Shown: in pieces, positions 38,501 to 53,714 of the stretch
Position numbering within the stretch: the first letter of the stretch is position 1
Layout of the letters: every line of letters starts with the position of its first letter
The notes under the pieces: model-generated
The model's input: the letters and a program-made list of their open reading frames with translations, nothing else
The model's database searches: none
Told to the model about the DNA's origin: nothing
Origin: Catajapyx aquilonaris
Lineage: Eukaryota
Direction: 5' to 3'
Length of the DNA stretch: 64,000 bases
Assembly: GCA_000934665.2 (NCBI GenBank)
Contig: KZ537984.1
Span: 186,001-250,000, forward strand
Position numbers and translations under genes: made by a program

Positions 38501-41500
38501 GAGATGGAATTGCGATGTAGGTTTTGCTCTCTCGAGTGAGCCATGTTTCAGGCTTGATCCGTGTGCGGCGGACAAATAAAAGACATGCTGTGCGAAACTG
38601 CGCCTGCTTGATTAATTACAGCGATATTTCTTGGAACGATGTTTGCGGTTCTTGCTCTTTGTTTCCCGCCAATGTTGTCAGTTGGGGGCTGACAAATTGG
38701 CGTAATTTTAAAATTGATCCTCACCTAGATGTCTGGGGTAGCACGGCCAGGAGGACGACATATTGTGAGCTTCACTGGGAGAAATTAATTTGACATATAC
38801 TTTAATGCATTTAATTACAATTATGGCAATCCTGATTTTGGACTCATCGCACTTTAAATTGCTTGAAATGAGAGCCGACTTTGTGATATCATAATGGGGT
38901 AATGGTAATAAGCTTGTCGTAATCAAGGAAGAAATTGTCCCTTCTTACGGTACCGTGAAAGTAATTGCCTGCCAAAAGATTTTGTCGCTCTACAGAAGGA
39001 ATTTTTGCGAACATGTGGACGAATTTCCAAACTTTTAATGAGGGTATTTTTTTAACGAGCAGATTACAAGTCTGCTCATTTAGAGTACGTTTTAAAAGTT
39101 GCTCCCCAGAACATATAGCTCTGACTGAATAAATATTCAGTCTTCCTCCTTTTATTGGGCCTCTCTCTCCCTGTGTCCCCTGACCGTTTTACTTTGAACT
39201 TGCCATTGATTTGATTTAATGTAGGTTATTAAGAGCGCAGTGAAATAGCCAATTCGAGGAACTAATGTGAATTTGGAATCCACCAAAGGTAATGTGATTC
39301 CAAATGAAAGGTTAGATTGCCAACTTGGAAATCTCTAAGCTTTCCGCGGAGTCTTTTGGAGTGAAATTTTCAATTCTTTTTCACTTTGTCTGCGTCAGCT
39401 CTGTCTCGAAGCAAATTGCGAAACTTTTTTTTTTTACGATTACACCAACGATTTTTTATGGCTGAACAATTTTCTTTGAAGATTGGAGGAGCAATAGACA
39501 TTCTTTTTTTCAGACCTTCCCAAAAAGCTATCCAATAGAAGAGGAAAAGGTTCGAGAAACGCGTTATCGAGTAGAGAGAATCTCTCTTTTTTTGAATGAA
39601 GAGAATTTAAGCACTTGGAAGGACTTGTTTGAGGAATGTCTCTGCAAGCAAAAGGTGAAAGGATTGAGAGGGCAACCGGTTCTAATCATTGACTGACTAT
39701 TTATGCCATTGGCGAAACAGGCGCCAGGCAGCTGAATTAAATGTATTGAACCAAGTATATCGTACTTCAGACACACGGATAAAAGCTCAACTTTCTCAGC
39801 GAATCCGTCACTTTCACTGCGAATCTTCATTTTCCACACCGAGAAAAAAAAAATCTTTGTTTCCAAGACTTCCCATTTGCCAAAGTGTCTTCATTATAAT
39901 AACTTTGTTAGGAAACCCTCCCCACTTGTAATTACTCCAGTATTTTTATTACTCCTGAATTAAGTTTGTGCTTTTCTGTCCTAAGCAGCAGACACCTTGT
40001 AAGCAAGAAGCGTCATGGTCGATAAACCTAGGGTGAAATGAATCCCGTGTGTTTTTGAACTTCGAGCTAGAATAATTTCAACTCTTGTTGTACACTCAAC
40101 TTGTGATTTTGGCAGCCGCTGTCTGTTTGTGGCACCGCCATTTTTGAAGAAAAAAAATGATCCGGATATAATGAGACGATATCTTAAGAACATCTTGGCT
40201 GTCCTCAAAAGAAAAATTGGTGCGAGAAGTGGTCAATCGCTAAGTTTTTTTTTTGTACTTTTCTCCCCCTCTTTTATATATATATATCCCGAGCAATCTG
40301 CGATGATTTCGGAAGAGCTTTGCTCTCAGCACCCTCAAAGCCGGCGGCTGGTCGAAATCAATTTAAGAGAGGGGGGTGGGGGGACCTAGCTGCCTCTCTA
40401 GCTGCCAGCCACGGGTACAGAGGGGGAAACGACTGCAGTCAACGCCCAGTTTACACAACTTTCTTTTTCAAGGGAGGTTTTTTGGATGGGGGAGAGATCA
40501 GTGGGGTGTGGGGAGAAAAAAAAAACCAATAGTTGGATCGAACTTGTGAATTGTAATTAAGATTGCGGTTCTGATATGTTTTGCGAATAAATATGGAGCC
40601 AAATAATTTTAAGTAAAATCTATAGACCAACGAGTGCAGGATTTTTTTGCCAGGAGATGCAGGATGATCAGTTGTCTTTTTATGCATTCTCCATGAGTTT
40701 AGTATAGCGTGTGAAAAAAATAGCGAATGCAGAAGCTGCATCAGGCGCGACAGCAGACGTCGGTGGAAGGATGGATAACCATTTGGGCGTGGGCAGGTGC
40801 AGGGCCGGCTCTCGAATTGACTTTGGCTCTAGGCAGGTAATGAACTATGTGACTAGGGTTACTGATTTTCTCATCAGCCTTGTAAATGAAACGGTCGGTT
40901 GTCGCTGATGGGAACTACTGCTGGTCCAGACCAGGTCATTGTGCGAGTTTTGTTAAGAAGGATTTTGTGTGCTGTGCTGTGCTGTGCTGCTGCCTCAATT
41001 TTTATACAAAAATATTTTCAGTTTTTTAAATGCATACAATGCCTACTTGTTCACTGAGGTGGAATACAGCAGCAATGAACATGGATTAATGATGTAGAAA
41101 ACAACTTTTGTTGCATTTATTGCCCCTGTAATATTTATTTCCAAACTGTGCTTCCCATGTTAATTTATCCATGTTAATTAAATATGACTGCTCTATTTAA
41201 CATATATGTGCAACACAACACATTCATTTTTGCACATTATTTTCACGCTAATTAAATACACACAACCAGCGAGTATATATTTTTTTGATTATTTGAAACT
41301 CGCGGAGGCAATGAACTATTGTATCACCCTAATTCCAACCTGACAGAGGCCGCACTATAGCTTCAGGGAGGTGGAAGATGTGGGTTCGGTTTATATGAAA
41401 AGAGCAACCTATTTTGGGATCAATTGGGCGATAAATCTATCCGGATCGTAAAAGGAGCATAAACCGTTCAATTGGGTGGTCGGAAGTATGAGCCCGTAAA

Positions 41501-44500
41501 AGTTAGTACCGTGTGACGCAGTTTTTGTCCTTGGTGTTTCTATTCCGGGTGGGTTGGGACCCACAGCTCTTTCTCGCAGAGGGATTTGGGGACGTGGCCT
41601 CCATTCCGGTTTTTTGACGCCCGGAGAGGGCTCCTAGCACTGGATGATCCCGCGAGACTTCAAGCTAAAGGGAAAAAAAAGAGGTCGGCCAGTGAGCAAA
41701 GTCTGACATTGTTTTCGCCTGGTCCTCCCTGGCCGACGGTTCCTATTGTAATGTGTATTGGCTTTGGGGATTCCCGATATTAAGCCGCAGTCCCTAAGGG
41801 TTACAACCCGGAAAATTGTTTTACGTGGTTGGATAACTCGGCCTCAGATCTGCTGAGGAAAGGGATATATATGTTACCAGAGAGAGAGGGATGCTGACAT
41901 TTGTTCACAGTGTCCGTGGGGCTGATGATGTCACGTCACTCTCCATTACTCGGACGTATGTAATATTACGCCCGTCCCTCATTCCACCCAGACACTTTGC
42001 ACTCGGTAAACACTTTTATGAGTGCAAACAACGCCGCCAAATTCTGGGCTGACACCCGCGTTGAATGCCTGGACCACTGGTCTTCATTTGAGGGAGGGCT
42101 TGCCAACCATGGGACTCAGAAGAAGATCTGTTGCTGGAGATGACTTCATTATTGTCCGTCATATATAGACCGTTCAGTCAGTTGTATCATACATAAATAT
42201 TTAAAATCGTAATGAGAAATTCAAGTGTGAAATACACTGATTGCCATGGCAGCATATACTCGCACTTTTCTCGTTTCTCCCCTCTTTTTTTTCTCAAGCT
42301 AAATGTTAAGGAAGTGAAGTCGGAAAAGGAACTTGAGTCTCTGGAGACTCCTTGACGTGAAGTTAAGGTACGACATTGTACTTTGCTAATATCCTTGATG
42401 GGTTTAATCTCTCAGGCTTAAATGCAAACTTTCAGGGTACAGTGAATTTCTGCGGGAGATTCGTACATACCATAGGCCCCCCCACCCCACGTCGTAAAAA
42501 AATAGTTTCAGGGAAACTTGCACGATGACATAGCTCTAGCAAGACAAGCCAACTTTTAATGGTTTCATTAACTTGAAACTTATCTGAGACGAGTAGTTGG
42601 AAAAAGCTGCTATCGCAAGAGACAAGGTGGAACCATGTTGCTGCCAGCAAGAAAAATAGCTTCAATTGGCCTTTATGTACAGGGTGATGTACGTAGTCTA
42701 ATAATCAAGATGAGACCTAATTTGAGTGATGGACACCTCCGCTTGTGTAAACTTATAAACCACTTCAAATGTCGCTTATTATAATTTTATGTGGATTTTC
42801 AGTCACTACCTGCGTATTTATGCCCATAATTAACTTTCAGCCATTGAAATTTGTAACAAAAAATTCGTGGCACTGTCGTGTACACGTGAAAGTTACACAC
42901 GACACATGGTACACCAGTTTGTCAAGCGGTGACACCGCAACGTGAGGCTTACACAACTTGATAACTAGACAAGCTTTTAGTTGCACACTATTTTGCCTAC
43001 AATATTGTTTATCGACTCGTGCCATAATTTTGTACACTCGTTACTTCCGTCGTAATGTTTCTATGGCATAAAAATTGGTGCCAACCGAGGCAGCCATGTG
43101 CGAAACGAACTGAACTGAAGCGTTTCTCGTGTAGTTATTGTATTACTTTGTGTGAGCCAGGACACTACCTTTGAATGGCCTGGCTCTATGTTCATTACAA
43201 GGGGTATTGTGCAATGCTTTCAGAAGGGGGATTGAAGTGCGCTTTATTATTGTACAAGTGGCATATTGTCGAGGGCTTTTCACAAAAATTCTCAATACTA
43301 TTGTCTACTCGCATGTTGTGCGGTGCCTGCCAGATTTTCCGCCATGTCGCATAATATCCTCGCCCGTTCAACAACGTTAAGCCAATATAAAAAGCTTTAA
43401 ATTTACACGTAACGCCCTTGTTAAGCTATACACGCCTCAGAATTCGGGTTTGAATAGCAACCCATGTTAATAAATGTGGCATAATTTTTATATAATTTCA
43501 CGTGGGGCACCAGGGCTGGCTGGAGGCATTATTGGAATTAAATATAGGAACATTGTAGTTGACAATGGACGGAGTCATATCCCGTGTTGATTTCTACCCC
43601 AGGCCACATGAATTTCACGCTACCTATAGTCTAGTTATAAGCAAAGATTGGCATTACAGACTGTATACATAAATTTCTTTTATTATAGTTTACAGAGCGG
43701 AGAATGGAAATGGGCGATTGTAACGATACGGCGTGAAGTCATGCAAACAAAATACCTAACACGCCCAATGGGCTGATTAGTTCAAAGGGCTTGCCACTAA
43801 TCAACGAAGATGGGGTTTTTGTTCCATTCATATGACATCGCCACATGCCACGCGGCTTTGCAGCCTCGGATACAGAAACCCCTGCAAATGAAAAATACCA
43901 CTTTATACAACGCGTGATACATACACGCAATCAGAGGCCAGCATTATTTCATACTACTTTACAGTTTTTGATATTTTTAAAAGGCCTGACCACTTGCATC
44001 GCATCGATCTGTGGGTATATGTTAGCCTTCTGATTATAACGAAAAAACGTACGTACACTGTGCTAAAACATGATCACATAATTATTAACATTACACATGA
44101 TGATGTACTGGCAGCAACCAGTTTAAAGAAAGGCCATATCATAGTCAAGGGAATGTTTATGATTAACCTGCTGCTTAGTTATATACAAGTAGAAGTAAAG
44201 TATTTTGATGTTGACGTTGATAAAGATCTGGGTTTTCTTCAGAGTCCCTAATGAAGCCAGCTTTTCTTCGAGCTGAGATCGGACGTGTTTACTTACAGGT
44301 GATCGCAGGCCAAGAATGCGAATCCGCAAGTTCAGATCTCGTGGGGGTGATCGATTATACGGACGTCCGGATTTCTTTTCTTGCTGTCACTGGATCCCGC
44401 TCCATTATTTACGAGCCATCGTTGGTGTCACAATGTCTTTCGCTTTCTCTCTTATGGGCTCTCAATTTCCTGCCCTCCTCCCATGGGCTTCTTTTGTCTG

Positions 44501-45205
44501 AACCTCTCTGCAACTCGGAGAAAAACTTTGCTTAACCTTGACCTCACTTTGGATAACCCCTATTACTTTTCTTGCAAAGTCAACACAATGTGTACAGTAC
44601 TCTCTTCTGATAGTGTTAGCAGTTAATACGTATTTGATGCCATTTGTTTCAAAAAATTACTTGCTTCCCATATGTGATCATTTTGGACAACATCATTCCA
44701 TTTGAGCGGACAAAAAAAATGAAAGAGCTCTTCCAGTGCTAAGTCATATCTTCCTGTAACTTAAGATAAAACGGAACAAAATGGCTAAAAGACGAGTGTG
44801 GAGCTCCTTCATCCTCTTTCCCCCCTTACGTTTTGCTTCTCCCTGATATCTCCCGATTTCTATGCTTGGCTCTACTCCTCAAGATTCATTCTGGAGACGA
44901 AACCCTGAGGGGGAGGAAAGCTGGAGAACAAAGTGGAGTTGGAGAAAAACCATGGGATGGTATGGGTTGGAAAGTGGGTAGGTAGTGAGCAGAGTGGTGG
45001 TGGGGGAGAAAAATAAGCAAACGTCACCTTATTAAGGGCTTCGATTTTCTTCTCACGCGCCAAACCTTCGTCACGTCGTCTGTCGACACCGCATCCATTC
45101 CGGGAGCCAGCCGAAAATTTAATCCTCGCTCTGTGCTGGGAAGAAATTCGGAGGAAAAGGCCCCCTAGATCTCTACTCTTCTCCAACTCAAACTCTTTTT
45201 CTTCC

Positions 45206-45230
45206 CTCTCTCTCTCTCTCTCTCTCTCTC
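45206..45230. repeat. (CT)12 microsatellite
   Basis: Read directly from the sequence. Confidence 0.9.
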
Positions 45231-48200
45231 CAAAATCTTACCTTACCTTCTTAGCCTCCAAGTTCCTCGAGCGGAAAGATTAAGGATCCTCGATAAGATG
45301 TTATACCTTCTCTTCGTATCAGGACGACGGTTTGCATGGGGGTTGGCTTGGAGAGACTTGCGGAAAAGACTTTTTTTTCCACCAACTCCTTTTCCTCGCG
45401 GCCTCGTCATAGTCTAATGGGAAGAGTCGGAGAGTTGTGGAGAGATTTTCATGGCAGATAAGTGCTTTTTTTTAACTTGCTTTAGTCCACTAAATGAAAC
45501 TTGATTTTTTTTGCTTGCTTATGCAGTGTGAGGATGAAACCGATCTGTTCGTCCGTATTAATGAGATAATGCAGCTTGAGAGAAAAAATCCAGGGGTTGA
45601 TGCAGTAGCAGAAGAAGAAAAAAGTTTTGTAGGAAAAAAAAAGTTTGCATGCTACTCGCGGAATTGCTAAAACAAACTTTTCTCTCAGAGTATTAGTTGT
45701 GAGTAAACAATTAAAAGAGTGGGAGGGTTTTCTGCAACTAACAATGAAATGTCTTCTACTCGAGCGGGTTTCAGGCTTTGTTTTAACATCACTCAGCGGC
45801 CTCCCACGTTCCCGTTTCCGTCATTTCTTTATTTCTTTTTCTACCAAAAGTTCGCGGATATCGAGAAGCATGCTGGGAGAATGTAAACTTACCAAGTACA
45901 GGGCTCCTGGTTCTTCGATACAGTGTGTGTATAGAGCAGAAGTGAACATAAATAAATGCAGGGTTTCGGTGTGCTGTTTTAAGCGCGGGTTGGCAGAATT
46001 AATAGGTTTTCTCTAGAAATGTGTGCCAGGGTTTCAGAAGTCGGTTCGCATTTCGAGTAATGAATAGGTCATTTCACTTTCTGCATCGGAATTGCCTGGG
46101 GAGGGGGCGGGAGAGGGAGAGAGCTTGTGATAGCTTTCCGTACGCCCCGAAGATGTCGCGCATAAAAAGTTAATTGATAGCCATATAATTTTCTATATTA
46201 TTAGCAGTAAAAACGGAACAAGCCCGTAAATCTGTCTTGAACCAAAAATTATGACAGCTAGAGTGTAATTTTCATCGTCATGTATTATAACCATATTGCA
46301 CTCTAAAAGTGCACACGCGACTGATAATCTACGTGCGTTTAGTACGTGCCATGGTCTGCTACGGCCGATGAAATCGTTCACGTGCGCTAAATTTGACGAA
46401 AATACTGCGCTGATAACCGAACACTCTATAGATGACCAAAATTTCAATCAGTAGCAGTATGCCAGTAGTTGCTACAAAAAACGAGATTGTGACAAATCAC
46501 TGCTACTAATCACTGCACTATTATGTAGACTAGCAGTCACCGCTTTTTTGACCCAGGCTAGCAGTGATCCATGGTGGTTGCCATTTTGCTGGCCCTAGCA
46601 AGTAGCTCCTCCTTTCAGCGTACCCCAAACCCACGTGTAAATCCCAGGCTGCTGGAAGTGCGGCGGTGTTGTCATCCATCCCTTCCCCTTATTCCTTCCC
46701 CTCAGGAATCCCTCAGGAGGCAAGAGTCCCCCCCACTTTTTCTTCTTCTCCTCCTCTCTTCCCCCTCAGACCAGCAGCAGTCCCTTTGGACTCCCTTCAC
46801 CCCTCGGGTTCTCTCCAACCCGCGTGCCGTGTGGTTAGAGGCCAACAGCCCACTTGCTGCCAAGTGGAAGTAATTGATTCCCCCCGCGGAAGAGGACCGT
46901 TGAGGAAGTGGGTGGAGGGTAGGGGATGCTGGGGTCTCTGGCTCCCAATGAGAGGTAAAAGATCATTTTCTCTCTGATGCTGAGGCCATGACGGATGCGG
47001 GGTGCCTTACTTGCCGCTTATGCTTCCTAGAGCTGGAGGCAATGTTGCGAGGCAAGGCTGGAGTTAACAAGCGGTGGCCATTTGATGGAGAGAGTACCGT
47101 AAAGAAAAATCATTGAATGTTATAGTTGCCATTGTGACGTCTATAGAACTCCACTACCCACTCATGAAGACATACAAACTATTTCAATTAGGCGATCAGT
47201 TTTTGCTTGTAGAGTTGTAAAGCAATTAACACAGTAGTGGATGGCATTGAGGAGTATGGAAGGGAATGGGAATGAAATTAATTTTGCATCCTTGCATAAG
47301 ATGAATGGAATCGAAATGTAGTGAGGAGACTGTGAGTGATCAAGTAATGCAGTGGAATCACTACATTTGCATAATTACGTCCTATGACATTTGCAACGTT
47401 CATCACTTACACCCCTTTGTCTATACACCATGAACCGAGTATATGTATACTTTTTTCGTCCCTCACACACAAAAAATATGAGTGCGGGGACATGCAGGTC
47501 AGCAGCCAAATCCGAAGGATAATCTGGATCAGAAATTCCAGTGTGGCGTCCGTCAAGGCTGATTTGAATAAATTATTACGCGGGCATGAGCTCGGAATTA
47601 ATTCTAATGCAGTCGGTGGCATCGTCGGTAGTCCGCTCAACTCTCCGACTTCCAAGCACACGCTCCAGCGGACACTTGCCCCTGCGGTGATACCGCATTG
47701 CAGGACAAAAGAGACGCAAAAGTTGCATAATCGCCAGGATAGGACACAAAAAAAAGAGAGAGAAGCCCCTTGCACACAGCCGGAACTTTCATATGTGCAG
47801 TACTGTACAGTGCTCTCTGTCAGCTCAGTTCAAATACAACGTGCTTATAATTAAAATATCTGGAAATCTGCTAAGGCAAAGGGCAAGGTTATTAGTTCCC
47901 TAGAAACTAATTTCGTTAGCTGTGATTGACAATGGACTTTGCTGATTTGTCAACCAAGTCAAATAGTGACTTTGACTATGAGGTAGATTTTCCGAGTAAT
48001 TAGCCTTGCCGCTGCCTTTTCATGCTCATACTGATGGAGTTCTTTTGCTGCAGGCGGTAGACACGGAAAAGTGAACTCGAATCCTCTAAATGAAAGGCCC
48101 CTCTCTCGTTTTTTTTTGGTAGCTAGGCTGCTGCTGAGCAAATCAACACACGTTTTACCCTGCGAGCCGTCTGTGGCGGCCGGATTACCCGCTTTAATCC

Positions 48201-49893
48201 GATCAGAACTGGCTCTTTCTTTCTTTTTGAGTTTGATGTGCAGTAACCCACGTTGCGGAAATATCGCTCAGCTCTTTTTGTGTGGGTGTGTGTGGGTGTG
48301 TGTCGATATAACCATCCCTTTTCTAGGGTCTGGAGAGACGCTTGCAATTGCAGGCAGATTGTGTAGGACGGTCGCATTTATTATAATTACCTTATATCCT
48401 TTCCAATCAGCGTAATGGGAGGGCATTAACTGCATCTGCTTATCACTGCTCGTCAAGTCGACTTCCTGTTCCGTGTCTGGGCTGACACCTCCAGCAGGCA
48501 TCGCCGAGGAAGCGAAGCCACCCCGTCAGAACTGTCATTACATTTCCGTGAGCAAGGAATGGACTGACACTTTTCTGCGGCTTGCCTGACACTCCTTCCA
48601 ACTGCCAGGCTCGGTTTACTCCAGCCTTGTCCTATAATCTCATCTTCCAAAGACTCCCTTTGCAGTTTAGCACGGACCAATCGATGATTCTTTCGCCTTG
48701 CTATAGGGTTAAGCCGAATACTATCGGATTATATGCCATTTTTAGATATGCAGCACGCGATATTTTGAGTTATCTCATACTGATTCCCTTGCACTTGCTT
48801 ACATGTTTGTGAAGACAGAAAATCATGGTTTTCTGGGCCATTATGAATACTTAGGGCTAAAAGTACTTCACCGGGCGATAGAGCAGTAACAATGCTACTT
48901 GGATGCCGACGTTATAATTTGTTTAACTATTTTGCATAATTGTTTGATAGTTACGATATTGGACGGCGATAATATTGTTCAGTTGCTATAGATTAAACTG
49001 TTACGTGTTGAGTATCGAGCAACACGTTCAATAATAGATGTGGAGTATGCTGTGAGGCCCCTTTTCCCCCCATACCTTTTTTGACAAATTCATTGGCTGT
49101 TATCTTATCGCATTACACTTTTTCAGTCAAGAGGAGAGGGGGTGGGGGAAAGTGGCTCATACAATTTGCACCATTAATTATGCCGATGAGAAGGGGACTC
49201 GTGATGAAGATAAACGGCGCTCGGTGTTGATTTAAAACCCTCATAACACCCATTTCAATTCTGGGGTGCAGTGCATTTTTATGTACACCCCGTGTGTAGA
49301 AGCAAATATTGGAGACAACTCCCTCTCCCCCCCTTTCATGTAATTAAGTCCACATCTACTTATCATCCTCCAGAGAGAAGCTTCGCGAGAGAATGCAACG
49401 AACCATTTTGACAGTTCACTTTGCTATTCACGTTTTGCTGATTGATCCCGACCCGACTGTTAATGTCGTGCAGCCCTCCCTTCACAACTCGGCCTCACTT
49501 GGCAAATGCTGCATAACAAGTGGTCCTCGTGCGATAGATCCAAATTACCAGGGAATGTAGAAACAGCCGCACCCTCCTCTCTCCTTGCGTAAATTACCAA
49601 TGTCTTCCAATTCCAAGCATTACGACCCAACCCTGGAGGGGTGGAGAAGGGGGGGGGGATGGAAGAAAAAGACCCCCGAAGTTTTATGACCCTCCTCACC
49701 TCTCATCCCTAGTCTCCTCTTTAAAACATGGAAGGGAGAGAAATACTACCATCTAATCAGATTATACAGCTTTTCTTTTCACTATTCTGGATGCAAGTAG
49801 TGTGAAAACGGGGGTCGTTCATATTCCAGAAGGGGAAAAGTGCGAAGATGCGTCTATATACTGTCTAGGACCACTCCGTCTTCTCTTTTCTCT

Positions 49894-49920
49894 CCCCCCC
49901 CCCCCCCNCCCCCCCCCCCC
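49894..49920. repeat. poly-C tract (27 nt including an N at 49908)
   Basis: Read directly. The N suggests an assembly junction, so the true length is uncertain. Confidence 0.85.
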
Positions 49921-50536
49921 TTGGACACGTCATCCAACTCTGCCTCATTTCGGACAAGTTTCTCCTTGGAAACAGCTTGGATCGTTAGTACGGACCATCA
50001 AGTCCTTTACAGTTTTGGGGGGAAAAGACTTTTTTTTTCGTCGTCTCTTCTTTTGATGTTTGCAGCCAGCTTTAGAGCTGCTGCGTAGAAAGTGCGGTAT
50101 GGTACTTGCTCATTGTCGAATTTGGTGTTTAATCGGATTGGACGACAGATGTGGGTGTTGATAAAAGTGCGGATATTGTTGGAGGGGATAAACCTATAGA
50201 TTTGTAGGGGGGAGGGGTTGGCCTCTTTTTTTTTCACTCCACTCAAAGATGATCTGTTTATCATTGGGCGGCAGGACACGTACTCTCTTACTGTCCGACC
50301 CCTCCTCCCAGCTCTTTTTCCCCTCCTCCCAGTGCTGGACCATTCAAGAAGTATTTGTCCCCGGGGTCAAATGCGGCCTAATAGGATCAAGTCAACAATA
50401 TCTCCTACGAAGGCTTGAGAGCATCTGTTACAATGGGGAACGAGGGCCTCGGATGGCAGGAGACCAACCGGAGAAGATGAAGCCCACTCCAGATGAAAAC
50501 CAATGTATAAAATCTACTTGTCCAGCTGCGGGACCA

Positions 50537-50729
50537 CAGGGTGTCTCATAACAATCGGACAAACTTCTAAGTGTGTACTGATGAATGCATATATGTGCCA
50601 GGATATTTAACACATTCTGGTTGTTTGAAGCTCTCTGTGGCATAAAAATGCGGATACCAATAAATGATATATAGAAGTGATCTGATTCCCAGCACAGTAG
50701 AAGTTTGTCGAATTGTTATGACCACCCTG
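50537..50729. mobile_element. Tc1/mariner-type MITE, 193 bp
   Basis: Left TIR CAGGGTGTCTCATAACAATCGGACAAACTTCTA versus right TIR (reverse complement) CAGGGTGGTCATAACAATTCGACAAACTTCTA. Flanks are CA and TA (TA expected). Confidence 0.85.
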
Positions 50730-51894
50730 TATCGTCCATCCCTCCCGGTGTTTATTGGTTTCTTCCTTTTATTGCATAACTGCAGTCCGTTTATATACCT
50801 GTTCCCTAAGTTTTTCCCGATGCTGTAGGATCGTGAAGGGCAGATATTGATACCATCTAGTCTGTGGGTTTTTGGCGTTAGGGGGTTTGCGAGAGTGGGG
50901 GAGTTGAACAATGGCCTTGCCGAAATCCAATAAGTAGAACTCTCCGGGGCTCTCTTTTATACCGGTTCGTGTTTCCTGCATGCAAAAATCGAAAGCCCAT
51001 CTCTCAGCAGGATTGTTCCCCATCCCCCAAAAATGAGATGGGTGTACCTGCTATACATCCAGGTATATCAAACGGCTAGCAAAAAAAAAAAAAATTGATT
51101 GTTGTTTTGGTCCGGAATTAGTGTTTACTTTCCTCGTTGGAGTAATCAATAGGCGCCTAGGTTCAATCACTTGTTATGCAAATGGCTGGATCTGATTGTG
51201 TAAACGTCACAACCTAGTCCAGCGGATCACTTTTGAAGACCTACCCGATTGGATTGGTGGAGGGAGGGGGGGGGGTCGCAATTTACAGTGTGCAGTTCGT
51301 GATTTAAATGCTGAAAATTTTGTTGCCCAGCATAAAATAGTAGTTTTATTGGCCGATTCTTCCCCGCTTTTGAAACGAGCTGGAATGGAAAAAAGCGCCC
51401 ATTTACAAAGCACTGATCACTTTGATGTCGTTTGTTGCTTCGTAACCTTTAGAATTATACCACAATAATCGACAGTGCAATTGAATAGTGGCCCCGTTTG
51501 TTGACAAGTTTTTAGTGGGGGTGGTCGAAAGTACAGCACATTTTGCGAGTCCCTGACATGCATTGCAAATTTTTTTTCCTCTCCCATAATTATATCTCGT
51601 AATGTGATTTTTAGAGGTATAACCACTCCGACACCCAACTTGATTTGTCACAGTGCCATCTGCTGCAGTCAGGATATCCACCCCGATGTTAATTAGGATT
51701 TGCTTTAAAATACAGTGTGCTTGCTCCCCAAAATTTATACTGCCTGTGGGTTGTTTTCATCATCTAGTTATTTTTTCCGGTCACTGAATGACATGCTTTT
51801 CAGGACTGGAAAGCGTGTTTTAATAAATCCAGACGGAGGCGGGTTTAAGCTGGCTTGCGTTTGTATGCCGTATAACATTTTACATACAATCATT

Positions 51895-51895
<1 letters not shown>

Positions 51896-51955
<60 letters not shown>
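51896..51955. repeat. (TAA)20 microsatellite
   Basis: Read directly. It explains the poly-Ile ORFs on both strands. Confidence 0.95.
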
Positions 51956-51957
<2 letters not shown>

Positions 51958-53714
51958 TGAACTTGTGACCTATTTTTCAAATCAGAAAAAAACTCGCGTG
52001 TCTGGTATTCTTCGTCGGTTGTAAAATTCAATTTGGTTGGCATTGCAGGCGAATCCCCATTAAGTGTTGCACGTTATGAGAGCTCCTTTTCTGAGCAGTT
52101 TTAATAGGAAATCAATACTTCTTTTCCGTAGCTCGTCTAACTGTGGAGCAACATGAGAATGTCACACTTGCTTCCCTCCCAATTTTTTTTTGGGAGCAAT
52201 TTCCTCCGCCCTTTTCCTCTTAGTTTCTGGTATCTCGTCGACTAATAATAATTAGTTAATTGCCACTGGTAGGTGCACCACCTAAGGTAATTCTTCTGCG
52301 TTGCTTTTCCTGGGCAAATGTTGACAGGTGAAATATTTTCCGGAGCCAGCAGACTCTCCTCCCTCCCTCCCTCCCAACCAGAACTTTCATCTAGGTGAAT
52401 AATGCGCATTTCTGCAGTTTGCTCTTGCATTATCAGTTCCTCCGGGCTAGATATAGTGGGGAACATTGAGAATGCCAGGGCAGGGAATGGGGAGCGCCTG
52501 CAAACCTTTATGAACTGGGAAAGAGTCATTCATTAAGGAGGATTCTCTCGCTGGCTGCTCATTATGCAGGAGAAGCCCCCGATATTTGATTCCCTGATTC
52601 CGGTTGAAGATTCCCGCACGATCGCCTGCGAAAAAAAAGTTAAAATCAACCGAGTGCGAATTTTTAAAAAATATAAACGGGGGTCATATCGGTTAAATGA
52701 ACACGGTGCATGTTGAAGGAGAATAACTGAAGCAGAATATTAGCCTTGATTCACAATGCACGGCATAAAACATGGATCGAATGAATCACAAAAGTATCCA
52801 CATATTAGTGGTTAGGCATGGGACTGAAAACATGATTTTGTGCGAAACAACAGCACACAAGCACGCTAGAGCAGCAGTCTATGAAAGGCGGTCCTTTTGT
52901 TACATTCCCAATGATAGACGTTCCAAACCAAAACAGAGGTCTGTTTTTTACCAGAACACATGATTTTCAAAGGTCGCTTTCCCCCCCGGATTTGAAACAG
53001 AATCTGGCCCGGAAATGGAGCCGTTTGTGAAATCATTGCCGTGACAGTACAAGTACGGTGTTGTGCTCTTCTCTTGAAAACGGATATGTGCCCAAAGCAC
53101 CGGTCATAAGCAAATCCGGGGTTTGTTTTGACACTGGGTTTAATTCATTTTTTGCTTGCCAACCCATGACAGTCATTATTATTGGCCTGATAATCACCAA
53201 ACTCATCGCTTGATATAGTATAGGAGACTCTCCGTCTGGGTTGTTAAAAGCGATCCCAGCTCATCAGATGGAGAAGATTGATGTCTCACCGAGGGAAAAT
53301 TAGACCGGTCCTGTTTCATTCGGGCTGAGGGAAGCAATGCAAAAGTCATTTGTCATGGAGCAAAGAGGAAACCCCTGCAACTGAGAGGAGACGCGAAGCT
53401 TTGGTGCCATTAACTGTCCCCGCGATATCAAGTTGTTATCAGTCCTTGTTTGCCGGAGTGAAAATTTTCTGGCATCTCTCCTGCTTCTATGTAGATTACT
53501 ACAATTAATTTATTTGACTTGTTTCCACGTGACACCGCCGGCTGTAAACTGGAGGAAACGCGAGACCGTAAGAGAGTCGCGGCTTGTTCTATTCGCTCCA
53601 TGACACAATGTTAATCGGGATGTAGCATGACGGATAAATAGGAAAATAGTATACTTATCATATGATAATTATGCTGGTATGGCTGACATGTTGCTCAGAT
53701 TCTTCGGAATTCTG

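Noticed and set aside
42432..42665. Minus-strand ORF with signal-peptide-like start (MKLFFLLAATW...)
   Set aside because: The start codon is TTG, not ATG, and there is no recognisable domain.
46571..46873. 100-aa ATG ORF with hydrophobic N-terminus
   Set aside because: It runs through a low-complexity pyrimidine tract, has no recognisable family and has no splice or polyA support.
51715..52043. Poly-Ile ORFs on both strands
   Set aside because: They are translations of the (TAA)20 microsatellite.
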